Below are positions 13,746-28,300 of a stretch of DNA of 64,000 nt, in pieces. The DNA comes from Nemertoderma westbladi. Taxonomy: Eukaryota; Animalia; Xenacoelomorpha. The stretch covers positions 53,736-117,735 of the forward strand of contig JAUCBJ010004787.1 in the NCBI GenBank assembly GCA_032718475.1, in the 5' to 3' direction. Position 1 is the first letter of the stretch; each line of letters opens with the position of its first letter. The translations under genes were made by a program, and so were the position numbers. Below the pieces are notes generated by a model that ran no database searches, was not told the origin of the DNA, and was given only the letters and a program-made list of their open reading frames with translations.

Positions 13746-14983
13746 ACGAGTGGAGGATCAGGACTGCCGCGCCCACAGCGACAACAGCCGGAGCTCACAG
13801 CTCGCGCCAAGTACCAGAAGGAGGAGTCCTTGGCAAGCGTCAAGCCAAGGACGAGCAGTTCCATTCTATAAAGTTGCAGAAGGAGGAGTTGGCGGAGGCG
13901 CCCACAGGGACACGGCAAATGGGACGAGGCCGAGGGAGGAGCACCAGTCGGGAGATAGTCGGTGCCCAGGGAACGTCGTCGCCGGTTCCGGGAAGTGACG
14001 CCTCAAGGACGCCGTCAACAGAGTCTACAGGGGGTAGACTGGTGTATCTGGGGAAGGGACAAACGAGAGGAACGAGCCCGAGAGACCCAGGAGCTAGCCG
14101 ATGAGACTATAATATCACGGAGCGACAAACTCTAGACATATACATCATCGTCGCTCTGATGTATATCGTAGGTTTTGATCAATCATTCGACTGGACTCAT
14201 ATACACTAGTCGTATCCATATTTTAGAGTTTTATTTTCGAAGGCCGAAAAATATTGAAAGGAAATAATTTTATTTTATAGTCCGTTGGAAATATGATTTT
14301 GAGCCTATACTATATTTGATTTTGTGTATATGACTTTATTTGCTCTAAAGTTTATTGAAAGAGGCAAAGGAAGTGATTGGGGAGACAAACCCGCGGGTTT
14401 GGCTTACTCCTTTCACTTACCTGAGCAATCATCAAACCAAGATGATTTGCGTTTTTTATAAGAAATTAAGTAAAGTCCGAAAATGAGAGAAATTATTACG
14501 TATTTTATATTTAATTTGATTATCGGCCTTTAATGCAATTTAGTTAAAAATTTAGCCTCAAATACATTTATATTTAGTTTATCTTGTTAATGTTGATCGT
14601 TAATTTGAGATGGGAAATGGGGGACATTGTCCTAGCCATGTTCCATTTCAATAGGTAGACCGTCAATTTGTAAATAAATAAAGGAAGTAATATTTTGTAA
14701 ATTTAATTTTGTATGTAGTAATCATTATGTAGAACGAACGAGAAACAATATTTTGTAAATTTAATTTGTATGTAATTATCGTTAAACAGTGAGAGAAACA
14801 ATATTTGTAAATTTAATTTGTATGCAATTCCATTATGCAATATCTATGGCAATATTTGTAAATAGTAGAATTTATAGTATCAAGTATTTTAGATTATTTG
14901 AAAGAAATTTATTTTGTTTGTATACATCACCTTATACTCTTCTACAGTTGGAGGGAAACATTGTATGATTTCCCTTGGAGCAG

Positions 14984-15288
14984 TGTTACGGTATATGGCG
15001 CTGTATCCACATTGTTAGCCGTTGTACTGTATACACAATATTAGTTATTATGCAGTACACATTATTAGCCATTATACAGTATAATATATTGGTTCATTAT
15101 ACAGTATAATATATTAGTCCGTTATACTGTACGCAATATTAGTCCGTTATGCAGTATAATATTTTAGATAAGACATAATAGCGCAGTGACATTTAGATAA
15201 GGAAATTAAAACGTCCATATATTTTGAACTCATCCATTTTGTATAGTATGTAGCCCTACCTACGTAATTTTGTAATATGATATAAGTA
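14984..15288 (+). repeat. 3' LTR, truncated on the right
   Basis: Identity to 1128-1407 stops abruptly after atatgatataagta, with no terminal CA or TSD. Confidence 0.85.
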
Positions 15289-15299
15289 ATATTGCAACG

Positions 15300-15572
15300 A
15301 AATCATTTAAGACCAATGGCAATCTTAAGTTACTGTAATTCAATAATAAACTACAAATTTTCAATTGCTTAATTTTACATTAAAATTACATATCAATGCA
15401 CCTTTCGAAAACCCTTGTTTCATTATGAATTGGCCAGGGGGTTACCATAGGAATATAACTGTTTCCAACAAGTTTCTTTCTTTAAGTTAGCAGTCTAGCT
15501 TTCTAATGATACCAATAATCCCGAATTTTATTAAGGTGCAGCAGAGTTATTTGAATTTTGTGGAACACCCTG
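15300..15572 (-). mobile_element. Tc1/mariner-type DNA transposon end fragment
   Basis: GGAACACCCTG|TA at 15562-15574 (reverse complement TA|CAGGGTGTTCC), a typical Tc1/mariner terminus; partner end not seen. Confidence 0.45.
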
Positions 15573-16019
15573 TATAAAGCATTAACTACAAATTAATTAA
15601 TTTTAACAAATATATTTTATTTGTCAATTTCTGCTTGTAAAATGTAATTTTATGTTTTTTAGATAGATAGATAGGTCTCTTTTATTTGCAAACTTATAAG
15701 TATGAATAAACAATACATTACGAGGCAGTGCTCACCATAAAGTGATTACTGATGATTGAGCAAATAAGCGTCAAAATAAGCGCTGTTAATAACAGGCCAG
15801 TATGTACATTGTACAGTACACATATAATTATAGATATCACCTCACACAACATTATATATATAATCGCGACTAGTAATAAGGTAGACCTAGCGTATTTCTA
15901 ATTTATAATAATATTATTAGTAATATGTATCTAACTAACCAATTACCACCGGCCGCCACAGCACAAAGAAAGGAGTATGTATTGATGCGATTAAATGTAA
16001 TGGATTTTGATTATGTAAT

Positions 16020-16234
16020 TTCATCTCTGGCATGGCGTAGGTTGAAAGAAAGAATTTACGGAGCTTGGACTTAAATGATGTGTACATATTTGTTTGCCGT
16101 ACATCCAATGGTAGGGAATTCCATTTTTTTGCGAGAGAAACTGATAGGCTGTTGTGGCCGTAATTATTTTTGGAAGTAGGTATTTTGTCGAAGTTTTTTT
16201 GGAAGTAGGTTTTTTCACTTTGATTATAATTCAT
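16020..16234 (-). mobile_element. 3' fragment of a CR1/L2-group LINE
   Basis: Translation KWNSLPLDVRQTNMYTSFKSKLRKFFL is the characteristic RT C-terminal motif. Confidence 0.7.
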
Positions 16235-16315
16235 TATTTTATTTTATTAGGAAGGTCTATTTATTTTTGGTTTACTTTCATGCATTTTTACTTTGAGAAT
16301 TAACTTATAAGGATA

Positions 16316-16373
16316 ATGAGGATATATATAAGATTGAGTGGATATTTACTGCTTCTTCTGTACTTTAACAACG
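16316..16373 (+). CDS. Cadherin exon 1 (signal peptide)
   Basis: MRIYIRLSGYLLLLLYFNN G|gtaaga, phase 1; joins exon 2 to give ...FNNVVSG-NQH. Confidence 0.7.
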
Positions 16374-19300
16374 GTAAGAAACAATAAGGGTTGATGTTGT
16401 CGAACAAGTTGATTGATCGTCTCGTGATTGTTGAATCTGTCACGGATATAAATATTACACGACAAAAATGTAAAAAACCGCGGCAGAAATTATTACAAAG
16501 CGTTGAAAAAACAATCATATTTTCTATTAATAGGAAGTGACTTCTCTGCCGCTGCCTTTTTTAACGCCACTAATTGAATGCCACCCCAAATTAGATGATT
16601 TAACACCAAAATAAATTATTTTGCACCAAATATAATTTTTGTAGCACCAATTCGCATCCCCCAATTTTGAATATCCTTCTCATCAAAAACAATTATTAAT
16701 CCCCCAAAAACAATTATTCATCCTCCAAAAACAATTATTAATCCCCCAAAAACAATTATTCATCCTCCAAAAACAATTATTGATTCCCCAAAAACAATTA
16801 TTCATCCTCCAAAAACAATTATTGATTCCCCAAAAACAATTATTGATTCCCCATAAAACAATTATTATTTCCCCAAAAACAATTATTTATCCCCCAAAAA
16901 CAATTATTCATCCCCCAAAAACAATTATTCATCCGCCAAAAATAATTACTTGTCAACCAAAAAAAATTATTCCAGCACCAAATATTTCATATTAACTACG
17001 CTTTTGTCAGTTGCCATGCTTCAGTTACAGTATTCGTACCGATAGGTCTATTGCCTATCTATTATTGCCTATGGCCTATTACTTATTCTGTTATTAGGTT
17101 TTAGTATTACGGCAATACTGAAGTTTTCAGATAGGGAGGGGGGAAACTGGACGCAATAAAAATTAATCCCTCTCCAGGGGAAATTCGACGCAAATAACAG
17201 CTGAATATTCTCAAAAATAAAACTGTAACCTGTTCTATTGCGCTTAGTTTATTGTTTTGGTTAAAATAACGTGCCACTGTAACCTGCTCCTTTCCCTAAA
17301 TTGAGAATTTAACATTGAGGCGGGATATTAATTCGCCAAGACGGGTTGTGCATCCAGTCCCCCCTCGTGTCGAAGTTTTTATCTAAATTCCAGGAAGTGC
17401 AAGGCTTATTGCTGCAGTAGTATTTGGGGGATTAAATATTTATTTTGGCAAAAATTTATTTGTTTTGGGGGAAAATGTATTTATTTTGGGCGAAATTGTA
17501 TTTGATTTGGGGGAAAATATATTTGTTTTGGTGGAAAATGCATTTATTTTGGAAAAATTTGTTATTATTTTGGGGGATTTGTCATTTATTTTGGTGCTAA
17601 TATTTGGTTTTGGGGAGGATTTATTTATTTTGGTATTGAATAATTTGTTTTGGTGTTGAATAATTGTTTTTGGTGTTGAAAAATTTGTTTTGGTGTTTGA
17701 ATAATTTTATTTGGGATAACATTATTTAATTTGGTGTAAAAAAAATTTTTTGTGAAAGTTTCATCAATTTTGGGATGACTTTAATTGGTAGCCATTTTTT
17801 AATTTCTCCCATAGATGTTTAATTTTTGCCATTGCTTTTTAATTTCTATAGTGCCGTATATGTTGCCGACTGTTATGTGCCAATGTTATTTAATTAACAG
17901 TTAATAACAGATAACAGTCAATTTGTCACACAAGTTCCTTAATTAATCTAAACATGTATTATTAATTTTTATTAATCCATAATTAGTTTCAGTTGTCAGC
18001 GGCAACCAACACCTCCTGATTGACGGTGTGGTGTCGTACACCGCGGGTACAGTAGATGAGAACTCCGTACTCGGTACCAATGTCATACCATCAACCAAAA
18101 TACAAACCAATGCAGCGGGTGTGGACGGCCCAATTACAAACAACAATCTCATCAGCTCTGTGACAATAATTGGGAATGAGTTGGCGACGCAGGCCTTCCA
18201 GATAACAATACTTGAAAACGACCCCACAGTTAATACTGGACAGAGCTTCAAGGTTAGTAAATACTGAAAGAGCTTCATGGTTAATAAATCTGGACCGAGC
18301 TTCAAGGTTAGTAAATACTGGACGGAGCTTCAAGGTTAGTAAATACTGGACATAGTTTCAAGGTTAGTAAATACTGGACATAGCTTCAAGGTTAGTAAAT
18401 ACTGGACGGAGCTTCAAGGTTAGTAAATACTGGACATAGCTTCAAGGTTAGTAAATACTGGGCAGAGCTTCAAGGTTAGTAAATACTGGACGGAGCTTCA
18501 AGGTTAGTAAATACTGGACATAGCTTCAAGGTTAGTAAATACTGGATATAGCTTCAAGGTTAGTAAATACTGGACATAGCTTCAAGGTTAGTAAATACTG
18601 AACATAGCTTCAAGGTTAGTAAATACTGGACAGAGCTTCAAGGTTAGTAAATACTAGACAGAGCTTCAAGGTTAATAAATACTGGACATAGCTTCAAGGT
18701 TAGTAAATACTGGACATAGCTTCAAGGTTAGTAAATACTGGACATAGCTTCAAGGTTAGTAAATACTGGTCAGAGATTCAAGGTTAGTAAATACTGGACA
18801 TAGTTTCAAGGTTAGTAAATACTGGACAGAGCTTCAAGGTTAGTAAATACTGGACATAGCTTCAAGGTTAGTAAATACTGGACATAGTTTCAAGGTTAGT
18901 AAATACTGGACAGAGCTTCAAGGTTAGTAAATACTGGACATAGCTTCAAGGTTAGTAAATACTGGACAGAACTTCAAGGTTAGTAAATACTGGACATAGG
19001 TTCAAGGTTAGTAAATACTGGACAGAGCTTCAAGGTTAGTAAATACTGGACAGAGTTTCAAGGTTAGTAAATACTGGACAGAACTTCAAGGTTAGTAAAT
19101 ACTGGACATAGCTTCAAGGTTAGTATATACTGGACATAGCTTCAAGGTTAGTAAATACTGGACTGAACTTCAAGGTTAGTAAATACTGGACATAGGTTCA
19201 AGGTTAGTAAATACTGGACAGAGCTTCAAGGTTAGTAAATACTGGACATAGCTTCAAGGTTAGTAAATACTGGACAGAACTTCAAGGTTAGTAAATACTG

Positions 19301-22300
19301 GACATAGGTTCAAGGTTAGTAAATACTGGACAGAGCTTCAAGGTTAGTAAATACTGGACAGAGTTTCAAGGTTAGTAAATACTGGACATAGCTTCAAGGT
19401 TAGTAAATACTGGACAGAACTTCAAGGTTAGTAAATACTGGACATAGCTTCAAGGTTAGTAAATACTGGACAGAGCTTCAAGGTTAGTAAATACTGGAAA
19501 GAGTATCAAGGTTAGTAAATACTGGACATAGCTTCAAGGTTAATAAATACTGGACAGAGCTTCAAGGTTAGTAAATACTGGACAGAGTTTCAAGGTTAGT
19601 AAATACTGGACAGAGCTTCAAGGTTAGTAAATACTGGACAGAGCTTCAAGGTTAGTAAATACTAGACATAGGTTCAAGGTTAGTAAATACTGGACAGAGC
19701 TTCAAGGTTAGTAAATACTGGACAGAGTTTCAAGGTTAGTAAATACTGGACAGAACTTTAAGGTTAGTAAATACTGGACAGAGCTTCAAGGTTAGTAAAT
19801 ACTGGACAGAGCTTCAAGGTTAGTAAATACTGGACAAAACTTCAAGGTTAGTATATACTGGACAGAGCTTCAAGGTTAGTAAATACTGGACAGAGTTTCA
19901 AGGTTAGTAAATACTGGACATAGTTTCAAGGTTAGTAAATACTGGACAAAGCTTCAAGGTTAGTAAATACTGGACATAGCTTCAAGGTTAGTAAATACTG
20001 GACAGAGCTTCAAGGTTAGTAAATACTGGACAGAGTTTCAAGGTTAGTAAATACTGGACAGAACTTCAAGGTTAGTAAATACTGGACATAGCTTCAAGGT
20101 TAGTATATACTGGACATAGCTTCAAGGTTAGTAAATACTGGACTGAACTTCAAGGTTAGTAAATACTGGACATAGGTTCAAGGTTAGTAAATACTGGACA
20201 GAGCTTCAAGGTTAGTAAATACTGGACATAGCTTCAAGGTTAGTAAATACTGGACAGAACTTCAAGGTTAGTAAATACTGGACATAGGTTCAAGGTTAGT
20301 AAATACTGGACAGAGCTTCAAGGTTAGTAAATACTGGACAGAGTTTCAAGGTTAGTAAATACTGGACATAGCTTCAAGGTTAGTAAATACTGGACAGAAC
20401 TTCAAGGTTAGTAAATACTGGACATAGCTTCAAGGTTAGTAAATACTGGACAGAGCTTCAAGGTTAGTAAATACTGGAAAGAGTATCAAGGTTAGTAAAT
20501 ACTGGACAGAGCTTCAAGGTTAATAAATACTGGACAGAGCTTCAAGGTTAGTAAATACTGGACAGAGTTTCAAGGTTAGTAAATACTGGACAGAGCTTCA
20601 AGGTTAGTAAATACTGGACAGAGCTTCAAGGTTAGTAAATACTAGACATAGGTTCAAGGTTAGTAAATACTGGACAGAGCTTCAAGGTTAGTAAATACTG
20701 GACAGAGTTTCAAGGTTAGTAAATACTGGACAGAACTTTAAGGTTAGTAAATACTGGACAGAGCTTCAAGGTTAGTAAATACTGGACAGAGTTTTAAGGT
20801 TAGTAAATACTGGACAAAACTTCAAGGTTAGTATATACTGGACAGAGCTTCAAGGTTAGTAAATACTGGACAGAGTTTCAAGGTTAGTAAATACTGGACA
20901 TAGTTTCAAGGTTAGTAAATACTGGACAGAGCTTCAAGGTTAGTAAATACTGGACATAGCTTCAAGGTTAGTAAATACTGGACAGAGCTTCAAGGTTAGT
21001 AAATACTGGACAGAGTTTCAAGGTTAGTAAATACTGGACATAGTTTCAAGGTTAGTAAATACTGGACAGAACTTCAAGGTTAGTAAATACTGGACAGAGC
21101 TTCAAGGTTAGTAAATACTGGACAGAGTTTCAAGGTTAGTAAATACTGGACAAAACTTCAAGGTTAGTAAATACTGGACAGAGCTTTAAGGTTAGTAAAT
21201 ACTGGGCAGAGCTTCAAGGTTAGTAAATACTGGACAGAATTTCAATGTTAGAGCCAATGTTTCAGAGTCAAAGTTTCAATGACAGCTTCACGAACCTGTG
21301 ATGGGCTGGACTAATTACTGACTACGTGTTAACTGGACCACGTATTAATTAAATTTATGTTGATGTGTTGGACTAGCCATTTACGGGACCATGTATTATA
21401 TTTAGGTTGATGTATTGGATAGCACCAAATTGAATTTTGAATACCAGCCGAAAATTCCAATGAGTATTATGATAACATATTACAATGATGCGGGCGGCAT
21501 ACATACTAGCTACGCTAGTGCCGAGATCCAAGTAAAAGACGTCAATGAAAGACCCAGATGGGACCCCAACACACCTCGTTCTTTATATGTTGAGGAAAAC
21601 GGTGAATACTATTAATTTATTGATTAATAATTAATAATAAATAAATGATAATTAATAATTAATTCTATCACTATATGGCCGTGATTTTATCGGATACTTT
21701 TAATTCGGTATCTCATGATGACAGAAATCATTATATTACTACAGTTATTTCATCTTACTTTATAGCTCAGTAGCAATTCAATTTACCTAAAAAAACCAAT
21801 TCAATGTTATGTAATCATAAAATATTTTATGTGGAGATAAAATTCTAATTTATAACCAATTTATTAGAGGTTATATATATACTCTTGTTTCACTGATAGC
21901 CTGTTCTCAACGTTATGATTTCATGATTTTAATTGACAATAATCACTTGCTAACAAATAATGAATGGGAGAATCTTTTAGGCTCGTTAATCGAAGGAATG
22001 CCTGTTCACCACCATGGGTGATCTTCCACAGTAAACCCTTCCACTCTGTTTCCTAAAGGAATGCCTGTTCACCACCATGGGTGATCTTCCACAGTAAACC
22101 CTTCCACTCTGTTTCCTAAAGGAATGCCTGTTCACCACCATAGGTAATCTTCCACAGTAAACCCTTCCACTCTGTTTCCTAAAGGAATGCCTGTTCACCA
22201 CCATGGGTGATCTTCCACAGTAAAACCTTCCACTCTGTTTACTAAAGGAATGCCTGTTCACCACCATAGGTAATCTTCCACAGTAAACCCTTCCACTCTG

Positions 22301-25300
22301 TTTCCTAAAGGAATGCCTGTTCACCACCATGGGTGATCTTCCACAGTAAAACATTCCACTCTGTTTCCTAAAGGAATGCCTGTTCACCACCATGGGTGAT
22401 CTTCCACAGTAAAACCTTCCACTCTGTTTACTAAAGGAATGCCTGTTCACCACCATAGGTAATCTTCCACAGTAAACCCTTCCACTCTGTTTCCTAAAGG
22501 AATGCCTGTTCACCACCATAGGTAATCTTCCACAGTAAACCCTTCCACTCTGTTTCCTAAAGGAATGCATGTTCACCACCATGGGTGATCTTCCACAGTA
22601 AAACCTTCCACTCTGTTTCCTAAAGGAATGTCTGTTCACCACCATAGGTAATCTTCCACAGTAAACCCTTCCACTCTGTTTCCTAAAGGAATGCCTGTTC
22701 ACCACCATAGGTAATCTTCCACAGTAAAACCTTCCACTCTGTTTCCTAAAGGAATGCCGGTTCTCCACCATAGGTAATCTTCCACAGTAAAACCTTCCAC
22801 TCTGTTTCCTAAATGAATGCCTGTTCACCACCATGGGTAATCTTCCACAGTAAACCCTTCCACTCTGTATCCTAAAGGAATACCTGATCACCACCATGGG
22901 TGATCTTCCACAGTAAACCCTTCCACTCTGTATCCTAAAGGAATACCTGATCACCACCATGGGTGATCTTCCACAGTAAACCCTTCCACTCTGTTTCCTA
23001 AAGGAATGCCTGTTCACCACCATAGGTAATCTTCCACAGTAAAACCTTCCACTCTGTTTCCTAAAGGAATGCCGGTTCTCCACCATAGGTAATCTTCCAC
23101 AGTAAAACCTTCCACTCTGTTTCCTAAAGGAATGCCTGTTCACCACTATGGGTGATCTTCCACAGTAAAACCTTCCATTCTGTTTCCTAAAGGAATGCCT
23201 GTTCACCACCATAGGTAATCTTCCACAGTAAAACCTTCCACTCTGTTTCCTAAAGGAATGCCGGTTCTCCACCATAGGTAATCTTCCACAGTAAAATCTT
23301 CCACTCTGTTTCCTAAAGGAATGCCTGTTCACCACTATGGGTGATCTTCCACAGTAAAACCTTCCACTCTATTTCCTAAAGGAATGCCGGTTCTCCACCA
23401 TAGGTAATCTTCCACAGTAAAACCTTCCACTCTGTTTCCTAAAGGAATGCCTGTTCACCACCATGGGTGATATTCCACAGTAAAACCTTCCACTCTGTTT
23501 CCTAAAGGAATGCCTGTTCACCACCATGGGTGATCTTCCACAGTAAAACCTTCCATTTTGTTTCCTAAAGGAATGCCTGTTCACCACCATGGGTGATCTT
23601 CCACAGTAAAACCTTCCAGTCTGTTTACTAAAGGAATGCCTGTTCACCACCATAGGTAATCTTCCACAGTAAACCCTTCCACTCTGTTTCCTAAAGGAAT
23701 GCCTGTTCACCACCATGGGTGATCTTCCACAGTAAAACCTTCCACTCTGTTTCCTAAAGGAATGCCTGTTCACCACCATAGGTAATCTTCCACAGTAAAC
23801 CCTTCCACTGTGTTTCCTAAAGGAATGCCTGTTCACCACCATGGGTGATCTTCCACAGTAAAACCTTCCATTCTGTTTCCTAAAGGAATGCCTGTTCATC
23901 ACCATGGGTGATCTTCCACAGTAAATCCTTCCACTCTGTTTCCTAAAGGAATGCCTGTTCACCACCATGGGTGATATTCCACAGTAAACCCTTCCACTCT
24001 GTTTCCTAAACGACCCAGGTTGGTGTGTCCAGCGGTTACCACCTACCCCATCCCAGGTTGGTGTGTCCAGCGGTTACCACCTACCCCATCCCAGGTTGGT
24101 GTGTCCAGCGGTTACCACCTACCCCATCCCAGGTTGGTGTGTCCAGCGGTTACCACCTACCCCATCCCAGGTTGGTGTGTCCAGCGGTTACCACCTACCC
24201 CATCCCAGGTTGGTGTGTCCAGCGGTTACCACCTACCCCATCCCAGGTTGGTGTGTCCAACGGTTATAACAATTTAATCATTACGATACTAATAATTAAT
24301 TTCCACCCATAGTGGCACCAAGCTCTGTCTTGTTTACCTATGGTAACGATGGTTTCCTAAGGGACGAAGATGCCACCGACACAATGGCCATGACTGCCTT
24401 CACTTTCACCTCAACTGATACCTGCAATTATTTTGTTGTTGGTGCAACTAGCGGTGCACTGGAAGTTGACACTGGGGTAACCGTGGATTACGAAACAAAC
24501 AAGCAATGCACCGTAGTAATCACGTAAGGCCATTTATATTTTAAGTATTGTGATTATCGAAAGATAAATATACTGAGCTACCTTGATGTAGTGGTCAGCA
24601 TGTTAGCATGAGTTCAACCCTAATCGGCGGCGTGTTGTATATTTTTCTTGCTTCTATTACCAAGGGGTTGTTCTGTTTATCCGAAGCCCTTGTTTAAATT
24701 GACATGTTTAAATCTGGTATTAATTCGCATTATAGAAATTTCGCACTATTGTGTCCCTAGGCAAGACACTTTAGACATTAGTGCCTACGTCAACCCAGCG
24801 GTATAATGGGAACCTGGCTTTGCTGGGGCAATGATAATAAAAGCGCTTTGAGTATGCTGAGCGTATAAAAGCGCTATATAAATAACCAATATTATGGATG
24901 TAGGACAATTCGGTCCCGGACAATTCGGTCCGGACAATTCGGTCCCGGACAATTCGGTCCCGGACAATTCGGTCCCGGACAATTCGGTCCCAAAACACTA
25001 AATAAATGAGACCGAATTGTCCGGGACCGAATTGTCCGGGACCGAATTGCCCTAGGACCGAATTGTCCTAGGACCGAATTGTCCGGGACCGAATTGTCCG
25101 GGACCGAATTGTCCGGGACCGAATTGTCCGTTTCCTGATAGCAACTTTAAGTGCTTTTTTGATATTGGTGAATGTTCTAGAACATTAGTAGAGATATTTG
25201 TTATGGTAGCTAGTGTTATTTACTTGCTAGAATTTTTTGAAATTTTAAAAATACTGTATTTTTTTTTATTTTTGTTATTGGTAGTGTTCGAGAACATTAT

Positions 25301-28300
25301 TATATATTATTTATTAAGGTGAAGCTAGTGTTTTTTTTTACTAGCTAGCATTTCCTTGAAATTATATAAATACCTGTGAAAACATTGATATTTCAGAATT
25401 AGGCCTAAACTGTTGCTGATTATATTAATTACCAACAATATTGATGATAATATCATTATTATCATTATTATAACAGTCTCTGAATGAGATCCAGCTATTA
25501 TCTAGGATAATAATTTAGGCTTGTTAACCAACCAACAACACATACAGTATACATGCGCAATATATTAAAAAAATCAGCTTTAAACATTTTAAATACATAC
25601 TATTACTAGCTAGTAAATAATTCACAAGCTCCATAAAAACACCATAGCTACCATAAATAATAATGTTAACAAAAAAAAGTAAATTTTTTTTATTTAAAGA
25701 AAAATACTAGCTAGCAAAAAAAACACTAGCTACCATATAATAATATATATTAAGGTTCTAGAACATTCACCATTATATAGTACCAATTAAAATTTGGTCC
25801 CGGACAATTCGGTCCCGGACAATTCGGTCCCGGACAATTCGGTCCCGGATAATTCGGTCCCATTAATATGCATGTTTTGGGACCGAATTGTCCTAGTCAG
25901 TATTCGGACAATTCGGTCCCGGACAATTCGGTCCCGGACAATTCGGTCCCAAAACCTAAAATTAATGGGACCGAATTGTCCGGGACCGAATTGTCCGGGA
26001 CCGAATTGTCCGGACCGAATTGTCCGGGACCGAATTGTCCTGCTTCCCAATATTATTATTATTATTATTAAATTTCTTTACCTATTTCAGTAATAAATCA
26101 AAAAATATTTCTCACATACAATTTTCTACCCCAGAGATGTCAATATTCTGGTCTAATATGGGCATTATCCGGCTTGATTTTGTTGTTTTATGATTAACCA
26201 GGTCTCATTTCTCCCTTAAAACCTTAATAGGTAGATGATGAGTAACAGTTTCCTCTGGGGTTTAGAATTCTGGGTAGACCACATTGTAAATAAATCCCCA
26301 GATTGTGTGTGTAATATCTGGCACAACAGCCGAAGAAAACTTTACTTTTTTATTGTTTAGCGCTAAAGATGGCGGTCCTCTAAGCACAGACCCACCTCTT
26401 ACTGTTACTGTAAACATCGGAAACCTCAACGACAATGACCCCGTATTTCAACCAGCTGCGGGGGCTAAGTACGCATTGGCGAGCATCCCAGTCGGTACGA
26501 AAGCGTTCACACGAGTAATCGTACCCGGCACCGGTAACAACAATATTAAAGCTACAGACGCCGATGAGAACGATTATACACGATACAAAATCATTGTTGG
26601 TAAGTATAATTGAGTAGGTCGTATTGGGATCACATAATGGCAGCTCTGCTCTGACAGAAGAAACCTATTATTATTACAACTTATCTAATCCCCTTTAAAT
26701 ATATAATGTAAGTTTATTATTGTTGCAGGTGAGCAGATAATGGCTGTGAATGAGTTAACTGGAGAACTGCGATTGCTGAAGGCGGTTGCTGATGATGCTA
26801 ACTTTAATGTCGGCACAGAGCAGACCTACAAGGTGCAAGCCACTGACCACGATGGTGCAACAGCGACACGGGATATAACAATCACCTTCTCCAAAGACAA
26901 CGCTGGTCCTCCCGTTTGCAATGCACTGACATTCGTTTCTGACGATGAAGATGTTCTAGTTACAGGTAAAATGGGTTAACAATTGTTGTATTGTAATTAC
27001 ACCATAGTAATGAAAAGTAATGTCATGCTTGCTGGCATCGATGTGTCATTATCGTAATGTTTATAATTCATAGGCAGTCACGAACTTTTCATTTATGATA
27101 TTCTAAGTTTTTACAAGTTTCATTCATTTAATTCGTTCATTAATTTCTTTAATAACTAATCTTATCAATATTTAGTGTCGGCACCTTCAACCTTCACCTG
27201 GTCTTGTTATATTATGGTTGTTATGCGTTACACAATGCATATATTCACTATGCTTTTTACATAGGTTACACGGTGCATACATTCAGTCACTGCCATGACA
27301 CAAACACACAAACAACAGACGCCGCGCTAACCTATAAAATACTCAGTGGAGACGATACTGCTGCCAAATTCACTATAAATACAAACAAACTGGAAATTAA
27401 CGCTGACATCGACTACGATACAACGTACGCGCAGGCCAGAGGTTTCGTTTACAGTCTGGAGATCGAGGTCACCGATGATGGCGCTCCGTTGGGAGCTGCT
27501 TTCAAACAAAGCTCTACAGTAACCGTCGACGTTGCTGTAAGTACCATTATTATTATGTATCACTATCTCGCAGTGTACTACAGTATTAATTGCCAACCTC
27601 CCTGAACTAAAGGCTTTTGTTAGAGCTGCAATACAGCCTATCCTATTACGCACAATGTGGCCACTCCGCACTGGCCAGTATTACAGATCTATGAAATATC
27701 CAGATCTTTGGATTGACATGTACAATGTACGTACACCAGAATTCTTCCAACAGAATTGTCGGATTTATCACGAAGCTCATAAGGTCTAGACTTTAGAGGC
27801 TTTTTAGGAGAACATTCAGCAAATACTGTGTATGTTATTTTAATGAACTATACCTTAACTTGAGTTATGTATGGTACCTCAGTAAACCTACCCAAATTGC
27901 ATATGTTAACAAAATAGAATAAAGCAGAAAATTAATACAAATCTACATTAGAGAGGTGCCAGTTAGTATTTCGAACTGTAATACCATCGGAGACTAAAAC
28001 TGAAACTATTATTGCATGATTTTCACCAGATTCTACCTAAAAATGATAACACACCAGTGGATCAGCACGGGACGATATCAACCACAATCAGCGAAGACAC
28101 CCCATTGGATACAGTAGTCACTGGACTTAACTCCCTCAGCTGTAAGGATGACGATTTATATGGACCTCATAAAGACGTCTACTGGACATTGTGTAAGTCT
28201 ATTAAGCTAACATGGCAGTTATATTGAGCGATACCTTTAATGACCGGATGGATAACAGCTTGATAAGTCGTTTTTTGACACGTTCAATTATGGAATTAGG

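Larger units (their letters stand above)
1128..15288 (+). mobile_element. Degenerate BEL/Pao LTR retrotransposon
   Basis: Near-identical LTR sequence starting TGTTACGGTATATGGCG at 1128 and 14984; internal gag-PR-RT-RH-IN order with BEL-type motifs. Confidence 0.95.

Noticed and set aside
18233-21250. CRISPR-like regular repeat array
   Set aside because: No unique spacers, head-to-tail units, eukaryotic intron context and no cas genes; the same applies to the other arrays
21986-23968. Long - strand ORFs (449 aa, 199 aa; also 36556-37998) with 21-aa repeats
   Set aside because: By-product of a 63-bp (multiple of 3) satellite lacking stops in one frame; no domain, splice signals or unique termini
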